From: a bacterium
Lineage (GTDB): Bacteria; SZUA-182; DTGQ01; JAFGSM01
Reading direction: 5' to 3'
Length of the DNA stretch: 64,000 nucleotides
Assembly: GCA_049472335.1 (NCBI GenBank)
Contig: JBLIRO010000004.1
Coordinates: forward strand, 14,368-78,367
The notes beneath the pieces were generated by a model that was given only the letters and a program-made list of their open reading frames with translations, made no database searches and was not told the DNA's origin. Positions within the stretch are counted from its first letter, which is position 1, and every line of letters starts with the position of its first letter. A program made the position numbers and the translations under genes. Positions 1 through 9,968 of this stretch are shown piece after piece.

Positions 1-212
1 TCACCGTTTTGAGCACGGATCTCAAGGCCCGATATACTCTTATCACATTCCCACTTCAATTTCACAATGCTTCCTACAACAGCAATAGAAGGGGAAGCCC
101 GAAATTTTCGTATTTCAGGACCGTCTGTTGAAGGACTTGAAGATTTTGTAAATTCTTCATAATCGTTATTTATTCGAATGTTTTCTTTAAGTAATTCTTC
201 ATTTGAGCTCAT
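1..212 (-). CDS. Hypothetical protein, first 70 codons only (runs off the window start). Sixth gene of the large-protein operon.
   Basis: My own translation. The ATG at 212-210 overlaps the TGA at 211-209 of the upstream 1244-aa ORF (ATGA coupling). The frame stays open to position 1: MSSNEELLKENIRINNDYEEFTKSSSPSTDGPEIRKFRASPSIAVVGSIVKLKWECDKSISGLEIRAQNG. The tail looks like the start of a beta-sandwich/Ig-like repeat. Confidence 0.5.
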   Translation of the reverse strand, partial: MSSNEELLKENIRINNDYEEFTKSSSPSTDGPEIRKFRASPSIAVVGSIVKLKWECDKSISGLEIRAQNG

Positions 213-3200
213 TTGTCCCCTCCAATAATTTCTTGATCGAGCCTTTCTGGCTCATCCTTTTTTTGCTGGGACCGGTTGGATTCCTCATTTTTATCTCCCA
301 ATGCATTATGCAATGTAAGCCATCCCTCATAAATTTGGGCGGGCTTAATTGAAACACCCGGCCTATTTTCCTTTTTGCCCACTTCGTCATTTGTTGTCCA
401 TCTCTCAACATCTTGGAAATAGTCCCAGGACCAATCTCCTTTGATATCTTCAGGTAACGGTATCCGCAAGGCATCAGGATCACCGATAAAAGGGCCCACC
501 ATGAAGTAGAGTTCCATGTTCTCCAATGCTTCGGATAAGACATATGGCGGCAATTGGAGAAACTGAGTGGGGAGAATTCCTGAACTGACATGAATGCCCG
601 CGCGTGGATCCATGAGCAGGGTGACTTTCACAGGCCCTTCTTGTTCAATGCCCACCTCTATGGTGCGGCTGAAATCTAAATAATCGGAAGGAACAGCATC
701 TTCTAGTGAAGCACCAAAAACAGGACGGAAATGTCCAAAATCATTATCGTTGAAGTAGCCAACGAGACCATCCTTTCCTTTACGAATATCTCCTATGTAT
801 ACCGGAAACTTCACCTTCATAAAATCTCCGGAATCAACAGTGGTGGAATTTTTACCCGGGTTTGTAACAGGATGACCTTCCAGCTCTATTTTAAGTGAAG
901 CACGAACAAGCGCAAGGGGCTGACCGACCAGGACGCTCAGGCCCTGGACCTGCTGGATAACGGCTGACGTAATGCAGAGGGATATTCTATCAATGAGATT
1001 CAGCAGGTCGGTAAAAGCCTCTGGACCGGCTGTTTTTAAGTTTTTTACAAAATCCAGAAGATAAGGATCCTTCAGATCTATATTGTTATCCTGATCAGGG
1101 GAACCCGGCTTCCACCAGACCGGCCCGGTCTTGTTATAGATATCTATTGTCTGCAATTGTCCCTGCATCTTTCCAGCGCAATCAAATACCATAAGACTTT
1201 TATCAAAATGGTTGGGCACAATCCAGCCGCAAACAGGACTGGTACTTGGATCCGAACTGGTTTCTTTATCCTGGACTGGCGAGAGCCATTGGAAAGATAA
1301 CCGGGCAGGCTGCATTATCCTGGGAGGCAGGGGAATCCATCCGTTCCGGGACTGTACAAGACCTCTAAAGGATTCGGATACGGTAATGGGAGCGGTTTCA
1401 TTTCCATCGACCACCTTTCGTGCCTGACCGTATGCATCAACGATCCATAAATTTTTAATCCGCAGAAAACCAGACCGAACAGGAAAAAACGGACTAAAAC
1501 CCTTATCGTCCGGAGCGTTTAACATCGGAGAGCAATCCTTTGCGCCTCCAATCAGATCAAATACATTATTATCTATCGTTTGATCATCCTTAAGTGGAGG
1601 CATTTGCAGGGTTTGCTCGCGCATGATCAGGCTGCTGCAGAGACCGCTCAAAGATTGTGATGATAGGTTCCATTCTCCAAATCGTTTTGCGAGTTCCGGT
1701 ACCTTTTTCAACCGTTCCTCTAATCTTCCGGGCAGGGAGGGGTCCAGGGGCACCCACCCTTTATAAATCTGAAAAGGAGCTTCTTCCTCGTCCTCTTCCT
1801 CGTCCTTCTTTTCCCTGTTGAGCTTATAATCAATAGTATTGACAAACTTCCAGTGTTCAGCAAGATTAAATTGATCGGGATTTGAATATGTGGAAGACCA
1901 CTCTGCCTCCCATACCATAAACAGAGGACTCCATGCCTGTTTCCATGTACGGAATTCAAAACGGGAATTTTTCAGATTATTTTGAACTTCTATAATACCT
2001 TCAGCTAATTGTTCTATCCAAGATGAAACTATATCCTGTTCATTTACTCCTGCTTGCAGGTAAGCTTGTTGGGCAATTGCTTTTGCCATCTCAGGATCAA
2101 GCAAAAGGGTCTCATAAAACAGCGCCTGTACTTCATCAGCAGGAAAGGTTGGCCCAAGCTCCTGTTTTTGGGGGAAAGGTAATACCTCCCTGATGACTTT
2201 ACTGTCCACAATGGAATCGGCATCCTCGTCTACAATGTTGCCATCCTCCTTTGGTATTAAATAACCATTTGAGTAGTAAAAACCCATTTCCGAAAGCACC
2301 TGATCGAGGGCTCGGCAATTTAAGACATCAGGATTTTCTGCCTGGCTATACTTATCTGAGGGTTCAACGCCTGGACCAGCGAGGAGGATAACCGGATCAT
2401 TAGGAAGCCAGAACCATGGCTTTTCAGTTTCAATAAGCTCATAGCAGGGATTATTGCCTTTGAACAGGTTTGATTGTTCGATCTTTTCCTTTAGGCTTTC
2501 GATTTTCTCTTTAGCAGTATTAAAATTTTTAATAGCATCTCCAATCTGTTTTTCCAGTAAGTTCAACTCATTATCAATTTTTCCTTCCGGTAAGTTCAAC
2601 TCTTCAACTGAATCCGATTTTATTGGAAATTCTGGCGATTTGAATTTGCCCTTAAACCATTTGCTCTTAAACCACGTTGAATAGTATTCCCATTGGAGAG
2701 ATGCCAATTCCCGGGTCAAACTATCAAAATCTCTTTGATTCTTATTTAACTCTTCGAATGCCTCTGCCACTCCTTCGGAATCGGGGAAGGTTCTAATATG
2801 GCCTTCCCTTGATTGGTAATAAGGCCGATGAGTATCGGCTTTTTGTATAACCCAGAGCGTACCTCCCTTAACCGGGTTAAAACCCCTCCGGTGTATTTCC
2901 GCATCAATCTCAACAACGCCTGGAAATTCATTAGAATCAGAGAGCACGCCGTACTGAAAGGCGGACAGGAGTGTCTCGGCTTTCCTGCCGTTTTTCAAGC
3001 GAGCACTGATGAGTGCACTCAGTGCCTCGGTTGCAGTATTACCAAGGGCTATATTGATATAAGCGTCAGAGACCCCTGACTGGTATTCACTATCCCTGCC
3101 TTTCCATTCAACATTGAAGATTGTACTGTGACAAATTGTAGATGTCGGATAATCCTCATTTGAATCGGCTTTCTGATTTAACTGCCATTTGCTTTTCAAG

Positions 3201-3943
3201 TCCTGCAGGCGTTCGCTTTTTAACTCGGCATCGAGAGGATCATCCTCATGCCTGCCATACCAGTTCCCTTCCGGATTAAGCGGGTCATATTCTGGTTGTG
3301 AATACCAGCCGGCTACCAGGTAGGTAAAAATTCCCGAATCAATATTTTCAAGATCATCAAGAGGATCATGAAAACCAAAGACATTTTGACAGGCAGGGTA
3401 AAATGCGGCAAAAGCCGGATTTCCGGGACCCACTGCAGTAAGCTTGGATTCTCTGTGGTGTCCGCACTCTTGCCATGTCCCAAACTCAAAGGCCTTGCCA
3501 AGTTTAGAGCGGAAGAATTTGCCCTTTGCGTCTTGGGTTAGCCAGCTATTGGCACCACCATTTTCGTCGAGATAATCACTTTCCAGTATCCAGGCTCTGG
3601 CGAATTTTTGGTTTGCGTTCTCACCAGAAGGTATACGCATGACAAACCAACGATTGGGAGCTCGATAAAACTCAATTTCCAGATTTTTGTCGAGATTATC
3701 AATCTCACTGTCATCGCTTTCCTGTCTCTGAGCGCCATGTGTCAGCTCGGCCGGTAGTGACCAATGAAGATGAACACCGGGCTCGAGTTGAATCTTGTGA
3801 CTCAGGGGGTCCGGCGCGAACGATGTTCCTAATATCTCTTTCGGGAACTGACTAAAATCTGGTCTCAAATCGGCCATCTCACTGGTTTCAGTCACAATCA
3901 GGGCTTCCATATGGATAGGGACCAGCAATTTTCCATTTCCCAT
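209..3943 (-). CDS. Large uncharacterised protein (1244 aa), operon gene 5
   Basis: Uninterrupted 3.7-kb ORF. AAGGAG lies 6 nt upstream of the ATG. No signal peptide, TM segment, Walker A or other motif I recognise. Contains a coiled-coil-like stretch (NELNLLEKQIGDAIKNFNTAKEKIESLKEKIEQ) and an acidic patch (KKDEEEDEEEAP). Rich in W/Y/P. Confidence 0.85.
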   Translation of the reverse strand: MGNGKLLVPIHMEALIVTETSEMADLRPDFSQFPKEILGTSFAPDPLSHKIQLEPGVHLHWSLPAELTHGAQRQESDDSEIDNLDKNLEIEFYRAPNRWFVMRIPSGENANQKFARAWILESDYLDENGGANSWLTQDAKGKFFRSKLGKAFEFGTWQECGHHRESKLTAVGPGNPAFAAFYPACQNVFGFHDPLDDLENIDSGIFTYLVAGWYSQPEYDPLNPEGNWYGRHEDDPLDAELKSERLQDLKSKWQLNQKADSNEDYPTSTICHSTIFNVEWKGRDSEYQSGVSDAYINIALGNTATEALSALISARLKNGRKAETLLSAFQYGVLSDSNEFPGVVEIDAEIHRRGFNPVKGGTLWVIQKADTHRPYYQSREGHIRTFPDSEGVAEAFEELNKNQRDFDSLTRELASLQWEYYSTWFKSKWFKGKFKSPEFPIKSDSVEELNLPEGKIDNELNLLEKQIGDAIKNFNTAKEKIESLKEKIEQSNLFKGNNPCYELIETEKPWFWLPNDPVILLAGPGVEPSDKYSQAENPDVLNCRALDQVLSEMGFYYSNGYLIPKEDGNIVDEDADSIVDSKVIREVLPFPQKQELGPTFPADEVQALFYETLLLDPEMAKAIAQQAYLQAGVNEQDIVSSWIEQLAEGIIEVQNNLKNSRFEFRTWKQAWSPLFMVWEAEWSSTYSNPDQFNLAEHWKFVNTIDYKLNREKKDEEEDEEEAPFQIYKGWVPLDPSLPGRLEERLKKVPELAKRFGEWNLSSQSLSGLCSSLIMREQTLQMPPLKDDQTIDNNVFDLIGGAKDCSPMLNAPDDKGFSPFFPVRSGFLRIKNLWIVDAYGQARKVVDGNETAPITVSESFRGLVQSRNGWIPLPPRIMQPARLSFQWLSPVQDKETSSDPSTSPVCGWIVPNHFDKSLMVFDCAGKMQGQLQTIDIYNKTGPVWWKPGSPDQDNNIDLKDPYLLDFVKNLKTAGPEAFTDLLNLIDRISLCITSAVIQQVQGLSVLVGQPLALVRASLKIELEGHPVTNPGKNSTTVDSGDFMKVKFPVYIGDIRKGKDGLVGYFNDNDFGHFRPVFGASLEDAVPSDYLDFSRTIEVGIEQEGPVKVTLLMDPRAGIHVSSGILPTQFLQLPPYVLSEALENMELYFMVGPFIGDPDALRIPLPEDIKGDWSWDYFQDVERWTTNDEVGKKENRPGVSIKPAQIYEGWLTLHNALGDKNEESNRSQQKKDEPERLDQEIIGGDK

Positions 3944-3970
3944 ATTTACTCCTTATCTATGGATGAAATA

Positions 3971-4062
3971 TATAACATCAATCGTACATTTCACGGGTTT
4001 ATCGATCATCGTTTTTTATAACATCAATCGTACATTTCACGGGTTTATCGATCATCGTTTTT
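3971..4062. repeat. Perfect 46-bp tandem duplication (3971-4016 and 4017-4062) spanning the 3' end of the 701-aa gene
   Basis: TATAACATCAATCGTACATTTCACGGGTTTATCGATCATCGTTTTT occurs twice, head to tail, with no mismatch. Confidence 0.95.
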
Positions 4063-6104
4063 GCAAACTCAGCTCGATTTTCTGCAAAGCCCAAATTTTC
4101 AGCTAGTTGTTTTATGCTCACAACACGAGGTGTCTCACGCATAGGCACTTTTATCTCTTCACTTTTATTATTATCTATTATTTTCTTGAATTCATTTTCA
4201 TTTTCTGTTACTCCGAAGTGCAGGGTATGGGGAGGCTGGGCAATGACCACTTTTTTGACTTGACCGTTATAGATGCAGAGCATCGTATCCCTGGCAATTC
4301 GTTCCATTCTCAAGGCCCTAAGCTTTTTTTCGTCCCCGTCTTCGGCGACGACTTCCAATCCCCTCCACCCTGAGACCAATGCCGATCTAAGCAAAAAACC
4401 GGTAATGAGAACAATAGTGTTTTGTTCCGTCTGATTATTTAAACAGACCTTATAGTCATCGAGAACGAACTCAAAAAAATTGCCTGCCATTGCCTTATCC
4501 AGAAACAATCTGGATTCCGATGAACGCCCGATACTTAAGGCGCCATCCATAAGCGCCCCAATCCAGCACGTGTCAACATAGAAAAACCGAATTGACTCAT
4601 CCTTAAGAATACAGGGATGTGGTATAAGGTAATTGATGGGGACACCCTGCAAAACAAATAAACGCCCGAGCCATTCCCTGATCTCCTGCGGAATTTCATC
4701 CCTGTCAATTCCATTTTTTAGTTCGTCTTTAAGGTTTTCTGAGTAATTGGTGATATCATTCTCTTGCTTCGTGGTATGAGATATCCCGTCATCCAGCAGA
4801 GTTCCGTTAAGAGGCTGGTTTTCAACCCCTTTCAGGAACTCATGCACCAATTTCTCCATGCTACCATTTTCCTGTGATCCGAATCTTTCTTGTATATTTT
4901 TCCAGGCAAGCTCATTTGCAGCTTTCTGTACCCGCCGGGTAATAAATGTATATAAGGATCGGGCAAAATGTTGGTTTTTGATGCCAAGCAGACGACCCAG
5001 TTGCCATGCAGCAGCATAGGACACATCAAACAGACCCATATTAGGATCATAACGGAGCGCTTCGTCCGTATGTGAATATACAGCGTTGTTAGGATCAGTG
5101 GGCAGAAAATGCGGTGTAAAGGGACCACGATACCATGACATTGTTTTGTAACCCTGGCGGGTAGAATGATTCAGTGGGGCATATCCAAAATCAAGGGCAG
5201 TTGTAATCTCCTTTTCGATATTCGGGTATTCAATCTTGAATGGGGCGGGAGCTAAAGAATTAACCAGATCGCGAAATCCTTTCCCTTCTGTCTTGTCTAC
5301 AAAACTCCAACTTGTAAGAACAACCAGTCTGATATTTTTCGGGGGGCCTGCGTTTTGATCTTCTTCTGTCTTTTTTTGTATAAAGTCCTCTAATCCTTCC
5401 AGAGACACGAGATAGACCCTGTTTTCCTTATTAGGGGTGGGGAGCCTATTTCCGATAATAACAGAAAACCAGCCTTCATCTTTGATGCCGTCGGATTCCA
5501 TATCGCCTGTGCTTACCTTTCGAGCATGGGCGAGATAAGGAAGATCCTCCATTGACGGAACAATCGCTTTGAATAAGTCTAAGGGGATCTCTATGGTATT
5601 ACAGATATCTTCTTCTTTTTCCCATTTATTTAGTTTGCTTTTGAACTGTTCAATTTCTTTAAGCGAAATGCTTTTCAACTCCCTTAGCTCCTGCTTGTTG
5701 TTATCCAGACGAAGGTCATCCTCGTCAAGCAAGAGCAAGGCCATCCAGGGAATTGTCTTTCCGTTGTTTATAGATCCATTCAGAGATCTCTCCCATGGCA
5801 ATGTTCGCCGGCTCAGAACGATGTGAGGGAATGACTCTGAAAACCTTCCGACAGAGCCAGCAGGCGGATATACTGAATAAATATCAAATGAATCCAGGCT
5901 GAAGCGCGGGGCGGAAACCTGGAAAGATTGTTCTTTGGAAAAGGTTGCCCCGTCTTTACTGCCGAATATCTCTTTGTCATCCTCTCCCTTCTTGATTGTC
6001 TGCTCAACTTTGACGGTATATTCTCCTGCTTTTAGGGGAGGAATGCATGCCTCCACGATGGTCATGGTTTTTGATTCCAATGATTCATTGTTTGAATCAG
6101 TCAT
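3999..6104 (-). CDS. Uncharacterised protein (701 aa), operon gene 4
   Basis: Long ORF. AGAGGA RBS upstream of the ATG at 6104. Only a 22-nt gap from the stop of the upstream gene. No recognisable motifs. The C-terminal 5 residues are rewritten by the 46-bp duplication. Confidence 0.85.
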   Translation of the reverse strand: MTDSNNESLESKTMTIVEACIPPLKAGEYTVKVEQTIKKGEDDKEIFGSKDGATFSKEQSFQVSAPRFSLDSFDIYSVYPPAGSVGRFSESFPHIVLSRRTLPWERSLNGSINNGKTIPWMALLLLDEDDLRLDNNKQELRELKSISLKEIEQFKSKLNKWEKEEDICNTIEIPLDLFKAIVPSMEDLPYLAHARKVSTGDMESDGIKDEGWFSVIIGNRLPTPNKENRVYLVSLEGLEDFIQKKTEEDQNAGPPKNIRLVVLTSWSFVDKTEGKGFRDLVNSLAPAPFKIEYPNIEKEITTALDFGYAPLNHSTRQGYKTMSWYRGPFTPHFLPTDPNNAVYSHTDEALRYDPNMGLFDVSYAAAWQLGRLLGIKNQHFARSLYTFITRRVQKAANELAWKNIQERFGSQENGSMEKLVHEFLKGVENQPLNGTLLDDGISHTTKQENDITNYSENLKDELKNGIDRDEIPQEIREWLGRLFVLQGVPINYLIPHPCILKDESIRFFYVDTCWIGALMDGALSIGRSSESRLFLDKAMAGNFFEFVLDDYKVCLNNQTEQNTIVLITGFLLRSALVSGWRGLEVVAEDGDEKKLRALRMERIARDTMLCIYNGQVKKVVIAQPPHTLHFGVTENENEFKKIIDNNKSEEIKVPMRETPRVVSIKQLAENLGFAENRAEFAKTMIDKPVKCTIDVIKNDDR

Positions 6105-6126
6105 CGTTTCCTCTTTTTTTTATCTT

Positions 6127-9078
6127 TTACTTGTTTGGTTCTTGGGGCAACATACCTAAACCACATTCCACAGGAATGGCCTGAAAAACCATATTGGCAA
6201 AAGTGTCAGGGATTTTTTTCATATCAAGGTTTGCCTGTGGCTCAAAAATACCGCTTTCTATAAGTTTCCACAGTATTTTTTTGCGGGTATCATTGATCTC
6301 AGGCTTTCTTATTTCCGGTATAACATTTTCTGGTTCATAGGCACCTGCATTCTTGGCAGACGGATACTTCCAATCAAATTCCAGGGATATGGGGGTATAT
6401 AGATCATTGAGATCAGGGATCGTTACCTCATTCATATCTTTCAGTTCCGGTTCCTTTGCAGAAAGCTGGATACCACATAATACATTCTTGATCAGATCAG
6501 CTTTTGGCTCGTCTTTCCCGGGATCAAACGTATGCGGGCTCCATAAAGCATCGGGAACGTTTTGTCTTATCTCCTCAGACTTTAAAGCGACAATATCATT
6601 TCCGTTGCTGTTAATTTTGCTAAGCGTGATAATCTTCTCTGAAGATATCGACTCTAATCCCATCGGACGAATGCCAAATTTCGGTTCTGGTCTATCGTCC
6701 ATACCATCTGTTCCATAATAATTTTCATCAATATCCTTAATATTAGTATCAATTCTCGTTGATGGTATGGCTGATTTGACAATTACCACCAAATGGTGGG
6801 GATTGACAATAGTATAGTCATAATCCTCACCGTCTTTGACCTCACTGATAATGCCGTCAGCAATCATAATTGTAATGGGATCGGCTTTATCCTCATGATT
6901 CTCTCGCGGCAGAAAGGAATTACAGAACTCATCCCATAAAATAGGCTGATTCGCGAATTCTCTCCTGCCTTTGCCGAAATATATGGTGAATGAGATGATA
7001 TGCCAATTGATGTGTGCCTTACCATCAAAGGGAGGTCCCCAGATATGCACCTGTGCACCCAATTCTGTTTTCAAGGTTTTAGAAATCCCAAAGGTACTCA
7101 ACCGGTAAGAGACACCAATATTGATCCCTATAGTTATATCGTAATATAGAGGTTTCCAGGAAATGAGAAGGTCTGCGTATGCCGTGAACCAGGCTCGAAT
7201 GCTTCCGGCTTGATAGACTGCATTGAGCTTTCCGCCAGCCATTATGCAGGCCGGGGTTAGGGCGAAATAAAGTTCGCCAGTGATCTTCAAATTGGAAGAT
7301 ACCTGCCATTTAATGGCCAATCTTGGCACTATCGGATAATGCTTTGGCGGATTAAATCTTGGATGATAACCGCCCAAAGTGATCACGAAGTCATCAGCGT
7401 GTTCCCCTGCAAACCAGGCATAATAAGCAAATCCGCCGGTCAATTTGCAATCCTTGGAAAGGATATAAGAGTTGTCTTTGAGCCTGCCTTCAGCTTTAAA
7501 TATGCCGCTTTCAGGTTTAAATGTCGCCTTTATCACCAACTCGGCGTATGCGATCGGTGTGCCAGATCCTTGGCCATTCTTGGGCGGCTTTGGAATGGTG
7601 ATTTTCGACATCCCCAGGACGGATATGACAGTATCGGTGCCAAAAGCTACTAAAAGCAGGGCAAAGGACTCAATCATTTCGAAGGAAGTAAATCGGACAC
7701 CGGCTGCCAGCCAATATTCGCCCTGGGCAGGTGAGATCCAGTCCTGCAGTTTCTCCAGGGCTGATTCTTGCAGTTTTATCATCCCTGCACCGGCTTTTGA
7801 GCCGTTCTCTTTCTCATTACCGCCTTCACCGGATCCGGCTTTAAAATAGTCCGGGTCCATGACCGCCTTGATCAGGGGAAAATCCTGTACCTGTTCAATT
7901 TCGGGCAGCTTGAGTGTCCGGTTAAACCCAAATCCTGCCGCCAGACCGGTGACATGGAAAAAGGTCGGGCCGCCCAGGTCTTTATTGAGCAGGGCAAAGA
8001 TAAACAACGAGGGGGTCTCCCCATCGGTCATTGCGAAGGAACCTATGCCAGAAATAGTGAACGCCTTGGCCTTGATCTGCGCCATGCCTGTATACTCGGT
8101 ATCTTCACCCTCACTGGTTTTCAACAGATCGGCACTGATTTCCACGGGACCACCGGAAAAAGATATATCCAGCCCGTCCAAACCGATCTCAAAACATCCC
8201 AGTTTCGGCTCATTAATGAATTCAAAAAGCTGTAAACTTATGCGAAACCCATTCAGACCAACTGTCAGTCCCATGAGATCAACATCGGTGTCTAAAAGGA
8301 AGCCTAATTTGTTCTCTCGCCATTCACAACCGATTCTGCCAATATGTATGGGACCAAATGTTTTGTTCACCGGAAACCATTTTCTGAAAGGCTTCGAAAT
8401 TTCAGAGCCATTTGTTTCTTCGCTGTACGACTGTAATTTTTGAGGCCTCTCTTCCTCGCTCTCCTTCTCAACTTTTTCTGCTTTTTCGGCTTCTTTCTCA
8501 GGGAGTTGTAATATTATGTCATCATAAAGTTTGATGGTGGCAGTTGGCGAAAATCCTTTATTTATCTTACTGATCTTATTGAAACCAAAAAATCCGTCAT
8601 CATCATCAATGTCGCTGTTCGAGTAAAGAAAGCCTATCTGATTTAGTGAGATATCAGCAAGATCTTGCAATAGGGGAAACTTATCCAGCGCCAATGTGGA
8701 GAGATCTATCTGTGAGCAGTTCAGCCCCAACACAAAGGGATTTTTTTCGTTCTCCGGGCCTCCCTCCTTTTTCTCTTTTACAAGTAATTTGAAGTTAAGG
8801 GAAATATCATCACAGGATACTGTAATAGTAATGCGGTAATCTTTGGACTTTTGACTGTACTTAAAATTTAATCTTTCAATGCTGATCTCAGGTATTTCGA
8901 TTCCTTCAGGCAATCCACCAAGGTTCAATTCTTGTACAAATTTCGATAATTTATTATTGTCTATTTTATTATCACTTGAGCCGACCTCTCCTTCTAAGTC
9001 CCCGTTTTTATAATTTAATCTTATAGGAATATCGGCAACGACCACTTCTAATCCGAATATCAAACCTGGGTTTACCAT
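6127..9078 (-). CDS. Uncharacterised protein (983 aa), operon gene 3. Possibly DUF6603-like (unverified recollection).
   Basis: Long ORF. N-terminal region of about 190 aa, then a Lys/Glu-rich linker (EKEAEKAEKVEKESEEERPQK), then a beta-rich C-terminal region of about 750 aa with strand-like alternating hydrophobic/aromatic residues and the motif ITLGGYHPRFNPPKHYP. No signal peptide. Confidence 0.8.
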   Translation of the reverse strand: MVNPGLIFGLEVVVADIPIRLNYKNGDLEGEVGSSDNKIDNNKLSKFVQELNLGGLPEGIEIPEISIERLNFKYSQKSKDYRITITVSCDDISLNFKLLVKEKKEGGPENEKNPFVLGLNCSQIDLSTLALDKFPLLQDLADISLNQIGFLYSNSDIDDDDGFFGFNKISKINKGFSPTATIKLYDDIILQLPEKEAEKAEKVEKESEEERPQKLQSYSEETNGSEISKPFRKWFPVNKTFGPIHIGRIGCEWRENKLGFLLDTDVDLMGLTVGLNGFRISLQLFEFINEPKLGCFEIGLDGLDISFSGGPVEISADLLKTSEGEDTEYTGMAQIKAKAFTISGIGSFAMTDGETPSLFIFALLNKDLGGPTFFHVTGLAAGFGFNRTLKLPEIEQVQDFPLIKAVMDPDYFKAGSGEGGNEKENGSKAGAGMIKLQESALEKLQDWISPAQGEYWLAAGVRFTSFEMIESFALLLVAFGTDTVISVLGMSKITIPKPPKNGQGSGTPIAYAELVIKATFKPESGIFKAEGRLKDNSYILSKDCKLTGGFAYYAWFAGEHADDFVITLGGYHPRFNPPKHYPIVPRLAIKWQVSSNLKITGELYFALTPACIMAGGKLNAVYQAGSIRAWFTAYADLLISWKPLYYDITIGINIGVSYRLSTFGISKTLKTELGAQVHIWGPPFDGKAHINWHIISFTIYFGKGRREFANQPILWDEFCNSFLPRENHEDKADPITIMIADGIISEVKDGEDYDYTIVNPHHLVVIVKSAIPSTRIDTNIKDIDENYYGTDGMDDRPEPKFGIRPMGLESISSEKIITLSKINSNGNDIVALKSEEIRQNVPDALWSPHTFDPGKDEPKADLIKNVLCGIQLSAKEPELKDMNEVTIPDLNDLYTPISLEFDWKYPSAKNAGAYEPENVIPEIRKPEINDTRKKILWKLIESGIFEPQANLDMKKIPDTFANMVFQAIPVECGLGMLPQEPNK

Positions 9079-9366
9079 AATTTTAATCTTTATATTTTTA
9101 AATAAATACTGATGCCTTTATTGTTGTGTTAACGTCAACGTTAATAACTAATAATTTCTGCTCATTCCCTGAAATGATGTAGATTATAAAGAAAAAATAT
9201 CATTAAAAACCTCTATACGACTGAATAAATGGTCATTCAAACCCTGAAAAATCTCTTTTAACCCTTTCTTTTTAGAAGGAGAAAAATGAAGATGAATTTA
9301 CCCCAATACCCGACTTATATTTTTCAAGGTTATTTTTTTCAGATTTCTAATGGCTGTAACTTTTTG

Positions 9367-9900
9367 TTATTGGGATTCGTCGGGTTGTTCAGGCAGAGCT
9401 GGTGTTTCCTCCTCGTTAGTAACCCCGAAGGCAATACCCTTAATAGCCACGGGAAGGGGTGTCTCTGGTTCATTTCCAGGGGCCCATGCAGCGCGCATAC
9501 GTAATGTATAACGACTGTCATTATTCTGAGGATCACTATCAGAGCCCGGTATTTTATTCTGAAGCTCACTACCAGAGCCCGGTATTTTAATGTGAAACTC
9601 ATCTACCCAGATTTCTAAACTTACCAATGCCTTAAAAACATTTTTGAGCCAATCTATTTGAATATCATCTGCGTTCGGTAATCCTTGATCAACGCCAAAT
9701 TTTGTCAAAATACTATTTATGCCATCTATCCCTTCCTCTAAAGTACCCAGTTTTACCTGTTCAGGTAACGTAAATTCAATACCATTTTGCTTAATATTTG
9801 AGAAATCAATATTTGCCGATGTAATGGTCACAGGTTTATCGTTGATTTCAACTAGAAGGCCGAATATCATTTTTTTTTCTGCTTCTGTATTATCTGGCAT
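9367..9900 (-). CDS. Uncharacterised protein (177 aa), operon gene 2, with an internal 11-aa tandem repeat and an acidic/Pro-rich tail
   Basis: The ATG at 9900 is preceded by AAGGAG (8-nt spacer). The track ORF start at 9963 is a TTG with no RBS. Repeat: KIPGSGSELQN/KIPGSDSDPQN. Confidence 0.7.
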   Translation of the reverse strand: MPDNTEAEKKMIFGLLVEINDKPVTITSANIDFSNIKQNGIEFTLPEQVKLGTLEEGIDGINSILTKFGVDQGLPNADDIQIDWLKNVFKALVSLEIWVDEFHIKIPGSGSELQNKIPGSDSDPQNNDSRYTLRMRAAWAPGNEPETPLPVAIKGIAFGVTNEEETPALPEQPDESQ

Positions 9901-9968
9901 GTTACTTTTCTCCTTTAAAAAAATATAATTTTTATTACTGTTATTAAGTAAAAAATCATTCAACTAAA

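Noticed and set aside
199-591. 130-aa ORF in the track, plus many other ORFs of 60-200 aa nested inside or antisense to the long genes (for example 1212..1427, 7472..7849, 7859..8443, 39834..40307, 43484..43945, 47349..47969).
   Set aside because: All lie entirely within much longer ORFs that have recognisable products or strong RBSs. They have no SD and odd composition, so they are shadow frames.
9129-9144. Small palindrome TTAACG-TCAA-CGTTAA about 50 nt upstream of the 983-aa gene start.
   Set aside because: Six-bp arms in AT-rich DNA are expected by chance. It was kept out of the features.
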